Source: Spirochaetia bacterium
GTDB taxonomy: Bacteria; Spirochaetota; Spirochaetia; DSM-2461
Reading direction: 5' to 3'
Assembly (NCBI GenBank): GCA_963666985.2
Contig: CAXXIA010000002.1
Location: 2,528,001-2,592,000, forward strand
DNA length: 64,000 bases
Under the pieces are notes generated by a model. It saw only the letters and a program-made list of their open reading frames with translations. It ran no database searches and was not told the DNA's origin. Position 1 is the first letter of the stretch; each line of letters starts with the position of its first letter. Position numbers and translations under genes: made by a program. Positions 29,642-37,553 of the stretch are shown piece after piece.

Positions 29642-30895
29642 GTGAAGCTCCAGGAGAAACGCATGCACCAGGCTCAAGTGCTGGCCAAGGAAGGGTACAA
29701 GCAGTACCGAATCGCCGAAATACTCGGCGTTACCGACCGAACGGTTCGAAATTACCTCAGCGGACACAGTCCCAAAATGAGCCCCAGGAAGAAACGGAAG
29801 AGCAAGCTCGACCACTTCAAATCCCATATTCGCAGTGTACTTGAGGAGGAACCGCTCTTCAATTGCGAGGTGCTTTATAAGAATCTTTGCGCCATGGGTT
29901 ACACCGGAGGAATCACCATCCTCCGTGATTTCGCCAAAGAGACCCGAGATGAGATTCAGAGAGAAGTAGTTCGCCGCTTCGAAACCCAGGCCGGCTACCA
30001 GGCACAGATGGACTGGAAGATATTGCCGAAGGAACACTGGCGAGGCGTCTACGCCTTCGTCATGGTCCTCGGCTACAGCCGGACTCCCTATGTGAGATTC
30101 ACCACCGATATGACCAGCGGCACACTGCTGGCCTGCCACCAGAAAGCCTTTGAGTATTTTGGCGGTGTTCCTCAGACTGTATTGTACGACAACATGAAAA
30201 CAGCATGGGTCCACGACGGAGAAGAGTGGAAGACCAACTCCCGGTTACTGGAGTTCGCTTCCTCCTACGGTTTCTCTCCAAGACGATGCGCCGTCAGGCG
30301 TCCCCAGACCAAAGGAAAAGTAGAGAGGTTCATCGACTACCTTTCGGGTAACTTCCTTTCTCAGGCACGGCGTAGTGGCCTGAAGACGATCGAAGAACTC
30401 AATGACGCCATTCTGCCCTGGCTGACTGAAGTTCAGCAGAAAGAGCTCCGGGACTACCAGGAAAGTCGTGCCCAGCGATATGAGGTGGAGAAATCCTTCC
30501 TGCAACCGGCACCGCCAGAGGGAGCTTTTGACTACCGTGACAGCATTCAGCTCATTGTCAGTCGAGAAGGCTCAGTCACCTACAAGACTAACAAGTACAG
30601 CGTGCCGCCTGTATTGGTTGGTAAGAAGCTGACGCTGAAAATCGATGCGCTTTCCATGCAGGGGGAAATCCTCAATGGGAAGGTTTCCATACGGCTATTC
30701 AATCTCCTTCCAGCTGGCTCCCGGCAGAAGGATATCCGCAATGAAGATCGGGAAGCACTCTTTACCCTGTGGGAGAAGCAGCGTAAGAAGTCGGCGAAAA
30801 AACCAGTCCGGAAGCAACAAGATGAGCAGACCATCGTCGATATCAGAAATCCTGCCTACTATGAGCGCTTTGTCGCTGTGGGAGTCTCGGTATGA
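29642..30895 (+). CDS. istA: IS21 transposase
   Basis: HTH; RFETQAGYQAQMDW, YDNMKT, PQTKGKVER, NKYSVP. Confidence 0.95.
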   Translation: MKLQEKRMHQAQVLAKEGYKQYRIAEILGVTDRTVRNYLSGHSPKMSPRKKRKSKLDHFKSHIRSVLEEEPLFNCEVLYKNLCAMGYTGGITILRDFAKETRDEIQREVVRRFETQAGYQAQMDWKILPKEHWRGVYAFVMVLGYSRTPYVRFTTDMTSGTLLACHQKAFEYFGGVPQTVLYDNMKTAWVHDGEEWKTNSRLLEFASSYGFSPRRCAVRRPQTKGKVERFIDYLSGNFLSQARRSGLKTIEELNDAILPWLTEVQQKELRDYQESRAQRYEVEKSFLQPAPPEGAFDYRDSIQLIVSREGSVTYKTNKYSVPPVLVGKKLTLKIDALSMQGEILNGKVSIRLFNLLPAGSRQKDIRNEDREALFTLWEKQRKKSAKKPVRKQQDEQTIVDIRNPAYYERFVAVGVSV

Positions 30896-31656
30896 ATATC
30901 AAACTTGAGACCGTCACCGAGAGAATGAATTCGCTGGGTATGAGTTTCATGTCCGCAGGACTGGAATCCTTCCTGGCAGAACCCCGCCGGCAGGAACAGA
31001 CGGTACTGGATATCGTTGCCGACTTGATGGAACTTGAATACATCCCCCGTAAAGAACGGAGCGCCAAGAGCCGCTTGAAGCTTTCAGGAATGCCGGCAGT
31101 GAAAAGGCTGGAAGACTTCGACAGGGGGTGGCTCAAAGGTGGTATCACCAACCGCCAGTTTGACGAGCTCTCCTCTCTGGCCTTCATCGAGCGAAAGGAG
31201 AACGTCATTCTCATGGGTCCCAGCGGCCTGGGAAAATCTCATCTGATGCTGGCCCTGGGGCACAAGGCCTGCATGGAGGGATTCACCACCTACCATACCA
31301 CCTGCATCGACCTCATTGAGAACCTGGTTCTTGCCCGAGAGAACAACCGGCTCAAGCGTCGGCTGGTATGGCTCCGAAAACCGCACCTGCTTCTCATCGA
31401 TGAAGTCGGTTACGAGAAGCTGACACCCGAACAGGCTAATCTTTTCTTCCAGGTTGTGAATGCCCGGTATGAACAGGGGAGTATGATCATTACGACGAAC
31501 AAGCCATTTGGCAGATGGGCGGAGATAATGAGTGATGAGGCTGTTGCCAGTGCAACCCTGGACCGTCTGCTTCACCATGCTCATATCCTGAGTCTTCAAG
31601 GAGACTCGTACCGAATGAAGGATCGGTTGAAAGCGGGAGTCGTTGACTTCCTTTGA
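30892..31656 (+). CDS. istB: IS21 helper ATPase
   Basis: GPSGLGKSH, LLLIDEVGY, LDRLLHH, GDSYR. Confidence 0.95.
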   Translation: MNIKLETVTERMNSLGMSFMSAGLESFLAEPRRQEQTVLDIVADLMELEYIPRKERSAKSRLKLSGMPAVKRLEDFDRGWLKGGITNRQFDELSSLAFIERKENVILMGPSGLGKSHLMLALGHKACMEGFTTYHTTCIDLIENLVLARENNRLKRRLVWLRKPHLLLIDEVGYEKLTPEQANLFFQVVNARYEQGSMIITTNKPFGRWAEIMSDEAVASATLDRLLHHAHILSLQGDSYRMKDRLKAGVVDFL

Positions 31657-31896
31657 CGCCCAAAACCGGAAAAACTAAATCGGTGAAATCCGGAAATGTT
31701 TCGTCGGTGTTGACACCCGAGAGTTCTTCAAAATCGGCGAAGCTGTTTAAGGGATAGTCTTTCTGGAACTCATGCCAAGCTCTTAAAACTTTTTCCCCGC
31801 CATGCTCTTCGGCCAGCCGCACGGCAATCTCTTTCTCAAACTCTTCAAGCTCCCAGTCGAACGGCTCTTGAAGATGGCTAAAATATTCATCCCTCT

Positions 31897-31998
31897 TCAT
31901 AAAGGCCATCCACGAAAATCATGTTCAAAACACAGCCCCTTTTCCGGTGCTACCACGTACTCACCCGTCGGCTTTCCATACCCCGGTCGATGGGCCAT
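31897..31998 (-). CDS. 33-aa small phage ORF
   Basis: GAAGGGGG RBS; MAHRPGYGKPTGEYVVAPEKGLCFEHDFRGWPL*; stop overlaps the next ATG. Confidence 0.45.
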   Translation of the reverse strand: MAHRPGYGKPTGEYVVAPEKGLCFEHDFRGWPL

Positions 31999-32092
31999 AT
32001 ACTGCCCCCTTCTAAAACAGGCGGCCGCAACCTAAAACACCCATAGCTGTCTTTAGCCACAGCCGCCCTAATCAAATAAAATGGTTTTTGAT

Positions 32093-32368
32093 CTATTCGC
32101 CGTTGGAATCCTTTACAGCCAGTCCCCAGGACTCCCATTTCTGAACCAACTCCTCGTAATAGTTCAGCGTATCGGCTACCCAGTCCTTTGCTTCCTGATC
32201 GGCGTCCGCCAGCGATATCGGAGGATCGGGAATCTCTTCACGGATAGGAAACGGGTCCAGAATAATCGGCTGGACTGTGACTTCAACCGTCGTCTGACAC
32301 CCGCTTGTTATTGCCAGCAACGATGTCAGCAATAACGCTGTCAGCATCACCCTGCTCAATCCTTTCAT
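32093..32368 (-). CDS. o-spanin-like lipoprotein
   Basis: Lipobox LLAITSG-C; Pro-rich mature part; overlaps the i-spanin 3' end. Confidence 0.7.
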   Translation of the reverse strand: MKGLSRVMLTALLLTSLLAITSGCQTTVEVTVQPIILDPFPIREEIPDPPISLADADQEAKDWVADTLNYYEELVQKWESWGLAVKDSNGE

Positions 32369-32582
32369 CCCGCTCCTCCCGTTCCTTTTCGGCCTCGTCG
32401 ACTCGTTCATGATGAGCAGCCAAAGCCTCGGCGTTTTGCTGGGAATGCTGGGCTACGGCCTCCGCTTGGGCGGCATCTTCCTCGGCTTCTTTCTTCTGAT
32501 CTGACTTGACCTTTAAAAGCGTCGCAAGAAATCCAACAGCAACCGCAAGGCCGCCAGCGATCCATCCCAGCAGTTTTTTCAT
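32283..32582 (-). CDS. i-spanin-like protein
   Basis: N-terminal TM followed by an Ala/Glu-rich coiled coil. Confidence 0.68.
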   Translation of the reverse strand: MKKLLGWIAGGLAVAVGFLATLLKVKSDQKKEAEEDAAQAEAVAQHSQQNAEALAAHHERVDEAEKEREERDERIEQGDADSVIADIVAGNNKRVSDDG

Positions 32583-32984
32583 CTATTCCGCCGCCGCTGT
32601 TCCCGTTACGTTTTTATTGGCTTCGATGCCGCCTACAAAAAGGCCTATGACAATCATTAGCCCGACCCCGATTGACGCGTAAATTCCATCAAACGACCGC
32701 TCATATATCCGCGAAACAATAATGGCCTCGATACATAAGAAAGCCAAAAACGCCATGGAAAGGATGTACCGAAAGATATCGACATCCTGATACTCACCCG
32801 CAGGCAGTAAGGACGTTTCTTTGATCATGTTGGCCAAATCAACGCCGAGGAATGCTCCGATGATCAAGACGAATCCGGCGGACACAATCGTCAACACGGT
32901 TCCGGATTCCACGAAGAAAATAAATGCCGCCATGATGACGGTCGCCAGTGCTACCACCAGCATCTGCATCGTTTTTGTTTTCAT
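32583..32984 (-). CDS. Four-TM membrane protein, probable holin
   Basis: Four hydrophobic segments; lies in the lysis cassette. Confidence 0.55.
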   Translation of the reverse strand: MKTKTMQMLVVALATVIMAAFIFFVESGTVLTIVSAGFVLIIGAFLGVDLANMIKETSLLPAGEYQDVDIFRYILSMAFLAFLCIEAIIVSRIYERSFDGIYASIGVGLMIVIGLFVGGIEANKNVTGTAAAE

Positions 32985-33012
32985 AACATCTCCTTTCTAT
33001 TTTTCTGCCTGC

Positions 33013-33543
33013 CTACACAGGCAACGCTCGCCGTTCAACCTCGGGGAATCCCTCAAGGCGTGGATCTGGGTTTGATATCACTTCGCCGTCAAATAACGGT
33101 TCAAAATGAGTTGAGACTTTCTTGTCGTAGGGATTCCCATCAACATCTACAACCAGCAGGCCATACCTCTCGGTAGGAACTTCCTGAAGGTTTATACCCT
33201 GAACCCTCGCCATTTCCGCATACGCCCACTTCCAATCTCGAATCAGAAAGTGCGCCTCCGGATCGGCGTCCATACCCCACCCATCATCCGGCTTCTCGTT
33301 ATCCCAGATGTCTTGATGATTTTTGTAATTACAAACATAAACGGGGGGCATGGTCCTGGCATTCCCAAGTAGAAGAAATCTCCCACAAATAAGCTCAATC
33401 TGCATGTCCGTTATTTGCCAGTCGCTTTTCCCCTGAAAGAAGCAGCGGATATGTTCGTTTACAATCCCGAGGGAAGCTACTGCGCACGCCCAGCGAGCAC
33501 CAAAGAAGCCGAATCGGCTTTGTGTGCAATACTGCTTTTTCAA
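33013..33543 (-). CDS. Candidate endolysin (papain/C39-like Cys-His peptidase)
   Basis: Q..WACAVASL near the N-terminus and THF..NPDP near the C-terminus; in the lysis cassette. Confidence 0.45.
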   Translation of the reverse strand: MKKQYCTQSRFGFFGARWACAVASLGIVNEHIRCFFQGKSDWQITDMQIELICGRFLLLGNARTMPPVYVCNYKNHQDIWDNEKPDDGWGMDADPEAHFLIRDWKWAYAEMARVQGINLQEVPTERYGLLVVDVDGNPYDKKVSTHFEPLFDGEVISNPDPRLEGFPEVERRALPV

Positions 33544-33547
33544 GTAA

Positions 33548-33829
33548 TCACCCTCCCTGATTCAATGCCCCAGGAGTTTCTTCCTGGTCTTCTTCAATCC
33601 GGATGAGGGTGGCCTTGATCCACGCAAGGTCGGTTTGAATTGCGGCGTAGCGAACATCCTGAGAAGCGATCCTCTCCTCCATAGGAGTGACCTTCTCCTC
33701 CAAGGCGGACAGACGCTGTTCAACTCCCTCTTGCCAGCGGCCTATGGCAATGGCCAGACCGATAACGGCAATGAAAATTGAAACCGCAGTTGTAATACCG
33801 TTTTTTAGAGATACCTTCGAAAGCCCCAC
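33548..33829 (-). CDS. Single-TM coiled-coil protein (holin/antiholin-like)
   Basis: One TM plus coiled coil; GGGAG RBS 7 nt before GTG; first gene after the late motif. Confidence 0.55.
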   Translation of the reverse strand: MGLSKVSLKNGITTAVSIFIAVIGLAIAIGRWQEGVEQRLSALEEKVTPMEERIASQDVRYAAIQTDLAWIKATLIRIEEDQEETPGALNQGG

Positions 33830-33872
33830 TACTCATCTCCCTGCTAATGAGGGCAGACTACAGCGGGCTATC

Positions 33873-33900
33873 TGAAGTTATGAATTGAAATAATTCAAAA
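33873..33900 (-). promoter_or_regulatory. Late-promoter activator motif, copy 2
   Basis: 28/28 identical to 29122-29149; TAGTCT -10-like hexamer 12 nt downstream. Confidence 0.75.
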
Positions 33901-33914
33901 AGCTTATGAAGTAA

Positions 33915-35174
33915 TTACTGTATAGAACAGCATAAAACGTCTCCAGCCGTTCCAACTTGAATTTGATTTTCATAGAAAAAGAAGATTATTACGGCTATAT
34001 CTAGAAGAGCGATGACAACAGCACAGAAAATTAGGAGTCCTTTCTGAAAACGAGCTCTCTTATCCAGGTCACCAATTAAGTCACCTATCTGTTTATATTG
34101 AGCTGCATAATGAAATTTTAATCTATTCATCTGACCTGTATACTCTTCTTTTATACTTTTTAATGTATGGTTCTGATTTTTTAACAACAGAAGCATAAAG
34201 ACACTATAAATAACAATGGCAGCATAGAGTAAGAGAGCTGATAATTTGTCAAAACTATTCTCAGGATCATTCAATTCAATAGCGGCTAGAACAATAGAAA
34301 CGGGAACTCCAAGCATTTTTGCTTGTATTGATGAAAAAATATCATTGATTTTGAGAAGGTATTCTCGCTTTTTCTCTTCATATTCCAACCTTACTTTGTC
34401 GAAAGAAAACTCAGAAACGAATAAATGGTAGTTCTCGTTGATTCTTTTTGAGAACTCTCCAAAGTTCTTAAAAAGAAATTCCAACCTTTTTTCTTCCGAG
34501 ATATTTATCAAAAAGCTATACAAAACTTCTTTCAGAATACTTCTCTTTTGTTGCTTATGAGAATCATCCTCAAAGATCGAATTTAAGATTTTTAATCCAT
34601 CCAGATCCATTTCAAGAAAATGCGCATCTAAACTTTTTAAAGAGATAGATAACGATGACCTGTGGAGGAACACATATTTATCGATTATCTTATCGGAGAA
34701 GAACTGAACGTGATCAGCATTATTCTTTAATAGCTGTAAGACGGAAACAACTCCTTTATAATGAAAAACCTCTTTCTGATCTTTGGATTGGGAAAAAATC
34801 AAGCCTTCGTTGAGTAACAGACAGTCATCTGGGAGAGAAAAGAAGTATTGCCTATATTCCAGAAAATGATTCCAGTTCCGAAATATTAATAATCCATTGG
34901 AAACTAGATCATCATGAGAAAGACTTACTGTAACAGTTATATCTGATTTTAATTTAAGGATACTCCATTCTTCAGCTCTATCAGTCTCTGAGCCTTTATC
35001 TAGATAAGATGTTTCATTGATTATTTGCGAAGGGAGGGAATCAACGTCTTGGATGAATTGGTTAGTTATCACCGAAGAGAATCTGAAATAACCGCCCTCT
35101 TCTTTGAGGTTATATTTAGTGTGTAATTGAAGAATCTTTTCTAAACATTTCTCAATGTCAAGTTTTTTGTTCAT
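33915..35174 (-). CDS. Uncharacterised protein with C-terminal TM helices and coiled coil (accessory gene)
   Basis: AT-rich; FSFDKVRLEY..K motif, then about 3 hydrophobic helices; overlaps the upstream gene. Confidence 0.8.
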   Translation of the reverse strand: MNKKLDIEKCLEKILQLHTKYNLKEEGGYFRFSSVITNQFIQDVDSLPSQIINETSYLDKGSETDRAEEWSILKLKSDITVTVSLSHDDLVSNGLLIFRNWNHFLEYRQYFFSLPDDCLLLNEGLIFSQSKDQKEVFHYKGVVSVLQLLKNNADHVQFFSDKIIDKYVFLHRSSLSISLKSLDAHFLEMDLDGLKILNSIFEDDSHKQQKRSILKEVLYSFLINISEEKRLEFLFKNFGEFSKRINENYHLFVSEFSFDKVRLEYEEKKREYLLKINDIFSSIQAKMLGVPVSIVLAAIELNDPENSFDKLSALLLYAAIVIYSVFMLLLLKNQNHTLKSIKEEYTGQMNRLKFHYAAQYKQIGDLIGDLDKRARFQKGLLIFCAVVIALLDIAVIIFFFYENQIQVGTAGDVLCCSIQ

Positions 35175-36183
35175 TGCCGATTATTTGATTTTCTAATTCG
35201 GTCGGTATTTTGTCAATCTTCAATATTCCAGTCTCTTTATTATAATGAATTATTTTATTTAATAGACTTGATTCAAAGCTAATCGAAAAATCTTTTGTCC
35301 TTCCTGAAAATCGGGTAAATCCTCTTAATGCCATTCTATCCAAAGAGATTTCGTTATTAAGCTCATAGTCTTCTTGGGCGACTTTCAGGAAAAGACCTTT
35401 CTCTTTCGGTTCATATCTTGAATCAAGCATTTCAGATATTTTATCCAGCTCCGCAGGCTTTTCAGTATTCAATCGATCAAGACAATATTCTTTAACTGTA
35501 TTCCTAACATTATTTGTTATTTCATCTTCAAACTCATTTCTTTTGCACCAATCTCGAATAGCCCTAACAAGATTGCTTGTATCAATAGCGGTCTTCTTGA
35601 ATTCACTGCAACCAATAAAATTAGAAAAATAGTCTCTAACATCATTTGCAGATCGGCCAATCTTGAATGATATGTATTTATCAGAACTTCCCGATAGCCA
35701 TTTTGAAAGATTAATTCTTGCAGCCATGTGAAGTTTGTCGAGATCCAGACTTTCAATTTTGTCCAAAGTGAGTGTTTCACTTATAATCATTCCAGATTTA
35801 TTCCGTAGAAGAATTATAGAAAGAAAGCTTTCGCCTTTATGGTCGTAATGATTAAAGAGGAGAAAACCACCCTTTCCAGATTTACTCTCGTCAAGTTCCT
35901 TTTTGAATGAGTTCGTAGAGTCCTCTGTGAATTTCAAAAAATTAGAAAAACTATTTTTGATATAATATTCCTCTAGTCTCCTTTGAAAAGCGGGCTCTAT
36001 ACCTTCATTTTCCTCTGGAGGCGTAAAACGACCAATACTGACACCAGTCGTCCCAAACAGTTTTGATATCTGAGATGATAATTCTTCAGCTTTATCGTCT
36101 TTAACGTTTTCTTCTTTTCTAAGAACGGGTGGTATATCGGCTCCTTCATGAACTTCGTGAACTATGAAATTTTTAATTGCCAT
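35158..36183 (-). CDS. Nucleoid-associated protein NdpA/YejK family (NA37)
   Basis: FIVHE, GGFLLF..Y, LDLDKLHMAARINLSKW, YISF, DYFSNFIGC. Confidence 0.82.
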   Translation of the reverse strand: MAIKNFIVHEVHEGADIPPVLRKEENVKDDKAEELSSQISKLFGTTGVSIGRFTPPEENEGIEPAFQRRLEEYYIKNSFSNFLKFTEDSTNSFKKELDESKSGKGGFLLFNHYDHKGESFLSIILLRNKSGMIISETLTLDKIESLDLDKLHMAARINLSKWLSGSSDKYISFKIGRSANDVRDYFSNFIGCSEFKKTAIDTSNLVRAIRDWCKRNEFEDEITNNVRNTVKEYCLDRLNTEKPAELDKISEMLDSRYEPKEKGLFLKVAQEDYELNNEISLDRMALRGFTRFSGRTKDFSISFESSLLNKIIHYNKETGILKIDKIPTELENQIIGNEQKT

Positions 36184-36216
36184 TCTAAATCCTCCTTACC
36201 TATTAAAGAAAATGCA

Positions 36217-36396
36217 CTAAAGCTTCAGTAAGCTTTTTGCTACAAACTTAATAAAAGCCAATCTTTCATCGAGAGTATCGAGCTGTTCATATTCTTCCCT
36301 TTCATTAACAATATCGAAGGCCAATCTGAACAGCTGAATCTTGCGCCACTGAGACTCTGAAATCTTGTCGAAAGGTTTCGCGGTACCCATATTCAT
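36217..36396 (-). CDS. 59-aa ORF upstream of the NdpA cassette
   Basis: MNMGTAKPFDKISESQWRKIQLF...KSLLKL*; helical; just under the ORF-track cutoff. Confidence 0.5.
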   Translation of the reverse strand: MNMGTAKPFDKISESQWRKIQLFRLAFDIVNEREEYEQLDTLDERLAFIKFVAKSLLKL

Positions 36397-36472
36397 CTAT
36401 TCGGTAGTTTATGTTTATTTCTTGATTAAAGAAATGTTCTTGTTAATTCCGATTATCTTAGATAAAAGGAAA

Positions 36473-37117
36473 TTACCCGACATTCCGGTTTGTCTTAGCC
36501 TCGTCTTCCATCATCTGTTCATGTAAAAGGCCTTCGGCATAGTAGGTCACTTTTAATCTTCTCTGTGGGTTGAGCTTTTTCATCGTAGAGCAGACAGGGC
36601 AGGGATCGGTTTCGCCGCGTCGTTCCATAGTGTCCAGGATTATTCTCATCTGAGTTAAAGGATCGCTGATATCCTCGAAGATTTCTTTAGCCATTTCTTC
36701 CGGTGGACGGGAGGGCTTCTCTGACTCTTCATTTTGATTCGGTCCAATTTGGACCGAATCGAAAACCCTGGGTTCTAAGCCGGGTGCCGAGGGTGTGGAT
36801 TCCTCTTCTCCAGAGGGCTCATTTCGATTCCGCCCATTTTGGGCGGAATCGGTTTTCCCTGTTTCGGTGGCTTCATTTTGATTCTGTCCATTTTGGACAG
36901 AATCAAAAAACATAGAGCCTTGGCCTGTTAATAGCCATGTTGGATTTATGCGGAATTCGTCTATTATAGATTCCAATAATGTAATTGATGCTTCCTGCTT
37001 TCCTAATTCTATTCTACTTAAGTTACTTTGAGTCATCTTTAATCTACTAGAAAACTCTTTCTGATTCATGTTTAAGGTTTTTCGAATAGATGCAATTCGC
37101 ATATTTACCTGCGACAT
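36473..37117 (-). CDS. Prophage repressor (XRE HTH) with a repeat-containing linker
   Basis: RIASIRKTLNMNQKEFS..QSNLSRIELGK..INPTWLLTGQGSMF; divergent from the ner-like gene; no S24 peptidase domain seen. Confidence 0.85.
   Translation of the reverse strand: MSQVNMRIASIRKTLNMNQKEFSSRLKMTQSNLSRIELGKQEASITLLESIIDEFRINPTWLLTGQGSMFFDSVQNGQNQNEATETGKTDSAQNGRNRNEPSGEEESTPSAPGLEPRVFDSVQIGPNQNEESEKPSRPPEEMAKEIFEDISDPLTQMRIILDTMERRGETDPCPVCSTMKKLNPQRRLKVTYYAEGLLHEQMMEDEAKTNRNVG
36729..36904. repeat. Three in-frame palindromic repeats within the repressor gene
   Basis: GATTC-NGN-CCA-WTT-TGG-NCN-GAATC cores at 36736-36760, 36826-36850 and 36880-36904. Confidence 0.9.
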
Positions 37118-37169
37118 ACACGTAAACCGCCTATTTATAATTGACATATACGCAGAGCGCATATAATAT
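37086..37169. promoter_or_regulatory. Operator array (3 x 19 bp, 30-bp period) and early promoter
   Basis: ATAGATGCAATTCGCATAT (37086), ATACACGTAAACCGCCTAT (37116), ATATACGCAGAGCGCATAT (37146); TTGACA(37141)-17nt-TAATAT. Confidence 0.7.
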
Positions 37170-37316
37170 GAGTGTATCGGCTACTTGGATAGCCCGAACA
37201 AATCTAAAAATGCGGGAAGCCGGTATGTTTCAGCAGCCGAAAGCTTCCCGCAAAGGAGCATCTATGAGTCTAAACCACAATTCGTTTAAACACAAAGGCT
37301 TTGGAGGCATGGAAAA

Positions 37317-37553
37317 ATGAAAGTTTGCAGAAAGCCAAACAGGGATGTGCCGCAGGCAACCAAGATTCAGGTTCTCCTGCGCAAAAAGGACATCAGTCAA
37401 ACCGAACTCGCCCGGAGAGCCGGAGTCACCATGGTGACGGTGAATCAGGTGATTTGGGGTGTCAAGAAGATTCCCCGGATACGTCTGCATATCGCCAAGG
37501 AACTGGGCTTTGAAAGCTGGGATGAACTGATGGCCCACAAGGAGGTCGTTTGA
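37317..37553 (+). CDS. Ner/Cro-like HTH regulator
   Basis: KDISQTELARRAGVT..TVNQVIWG...IAKELG; first gene of the early operon. Confidence 0.8.
   Translation: MKVCRKPNRDVPQATKIQVLLRKKDISQTELARRAGVTMVTVNQVIWGVKKIPRIRLHIAKELGFESWDELMAHKEVV

Larger units (their letters stand above)
29519..31715 (+). mobile_element. IS21-family insertion sequence (2,197 bp)
   Basis: Terminal IRs TGTCAGCACCGGTG / TGTCAACACCGACG; 5-bp TSD CCCGA (29514-29518 and 31716-31720); istA-istB. Confidence 0.95.
29429..31900 (-). pseudogene. ~90-aa phage gene interrupted by IS21
   Basis: MKRDEYF...FEELSG (31900-31716) joins EYFGLVNG...LELI* (29513-29429) in frame when the IS and one CCCGA are removed. Confidence 0.8.

Noticed and set aside
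29429..30214. 261-aa minus-strand ORF
   Set aside because: Antisense shadow of istA fused to the last ~28 codons of the IS-interrupted phage gene.
31490..31909. 139-aa ORF as an intact gene
   Set aside because: Only the first ~65 codons are phage-derived; the rest is read-through into the IS end.
36729..36904. CRISPR mini-array
   Set aside because: Unequal spacing (90 and 54 bp), repeats vary with compensation, they lie in frame within a CDS, and there are no cas genes.
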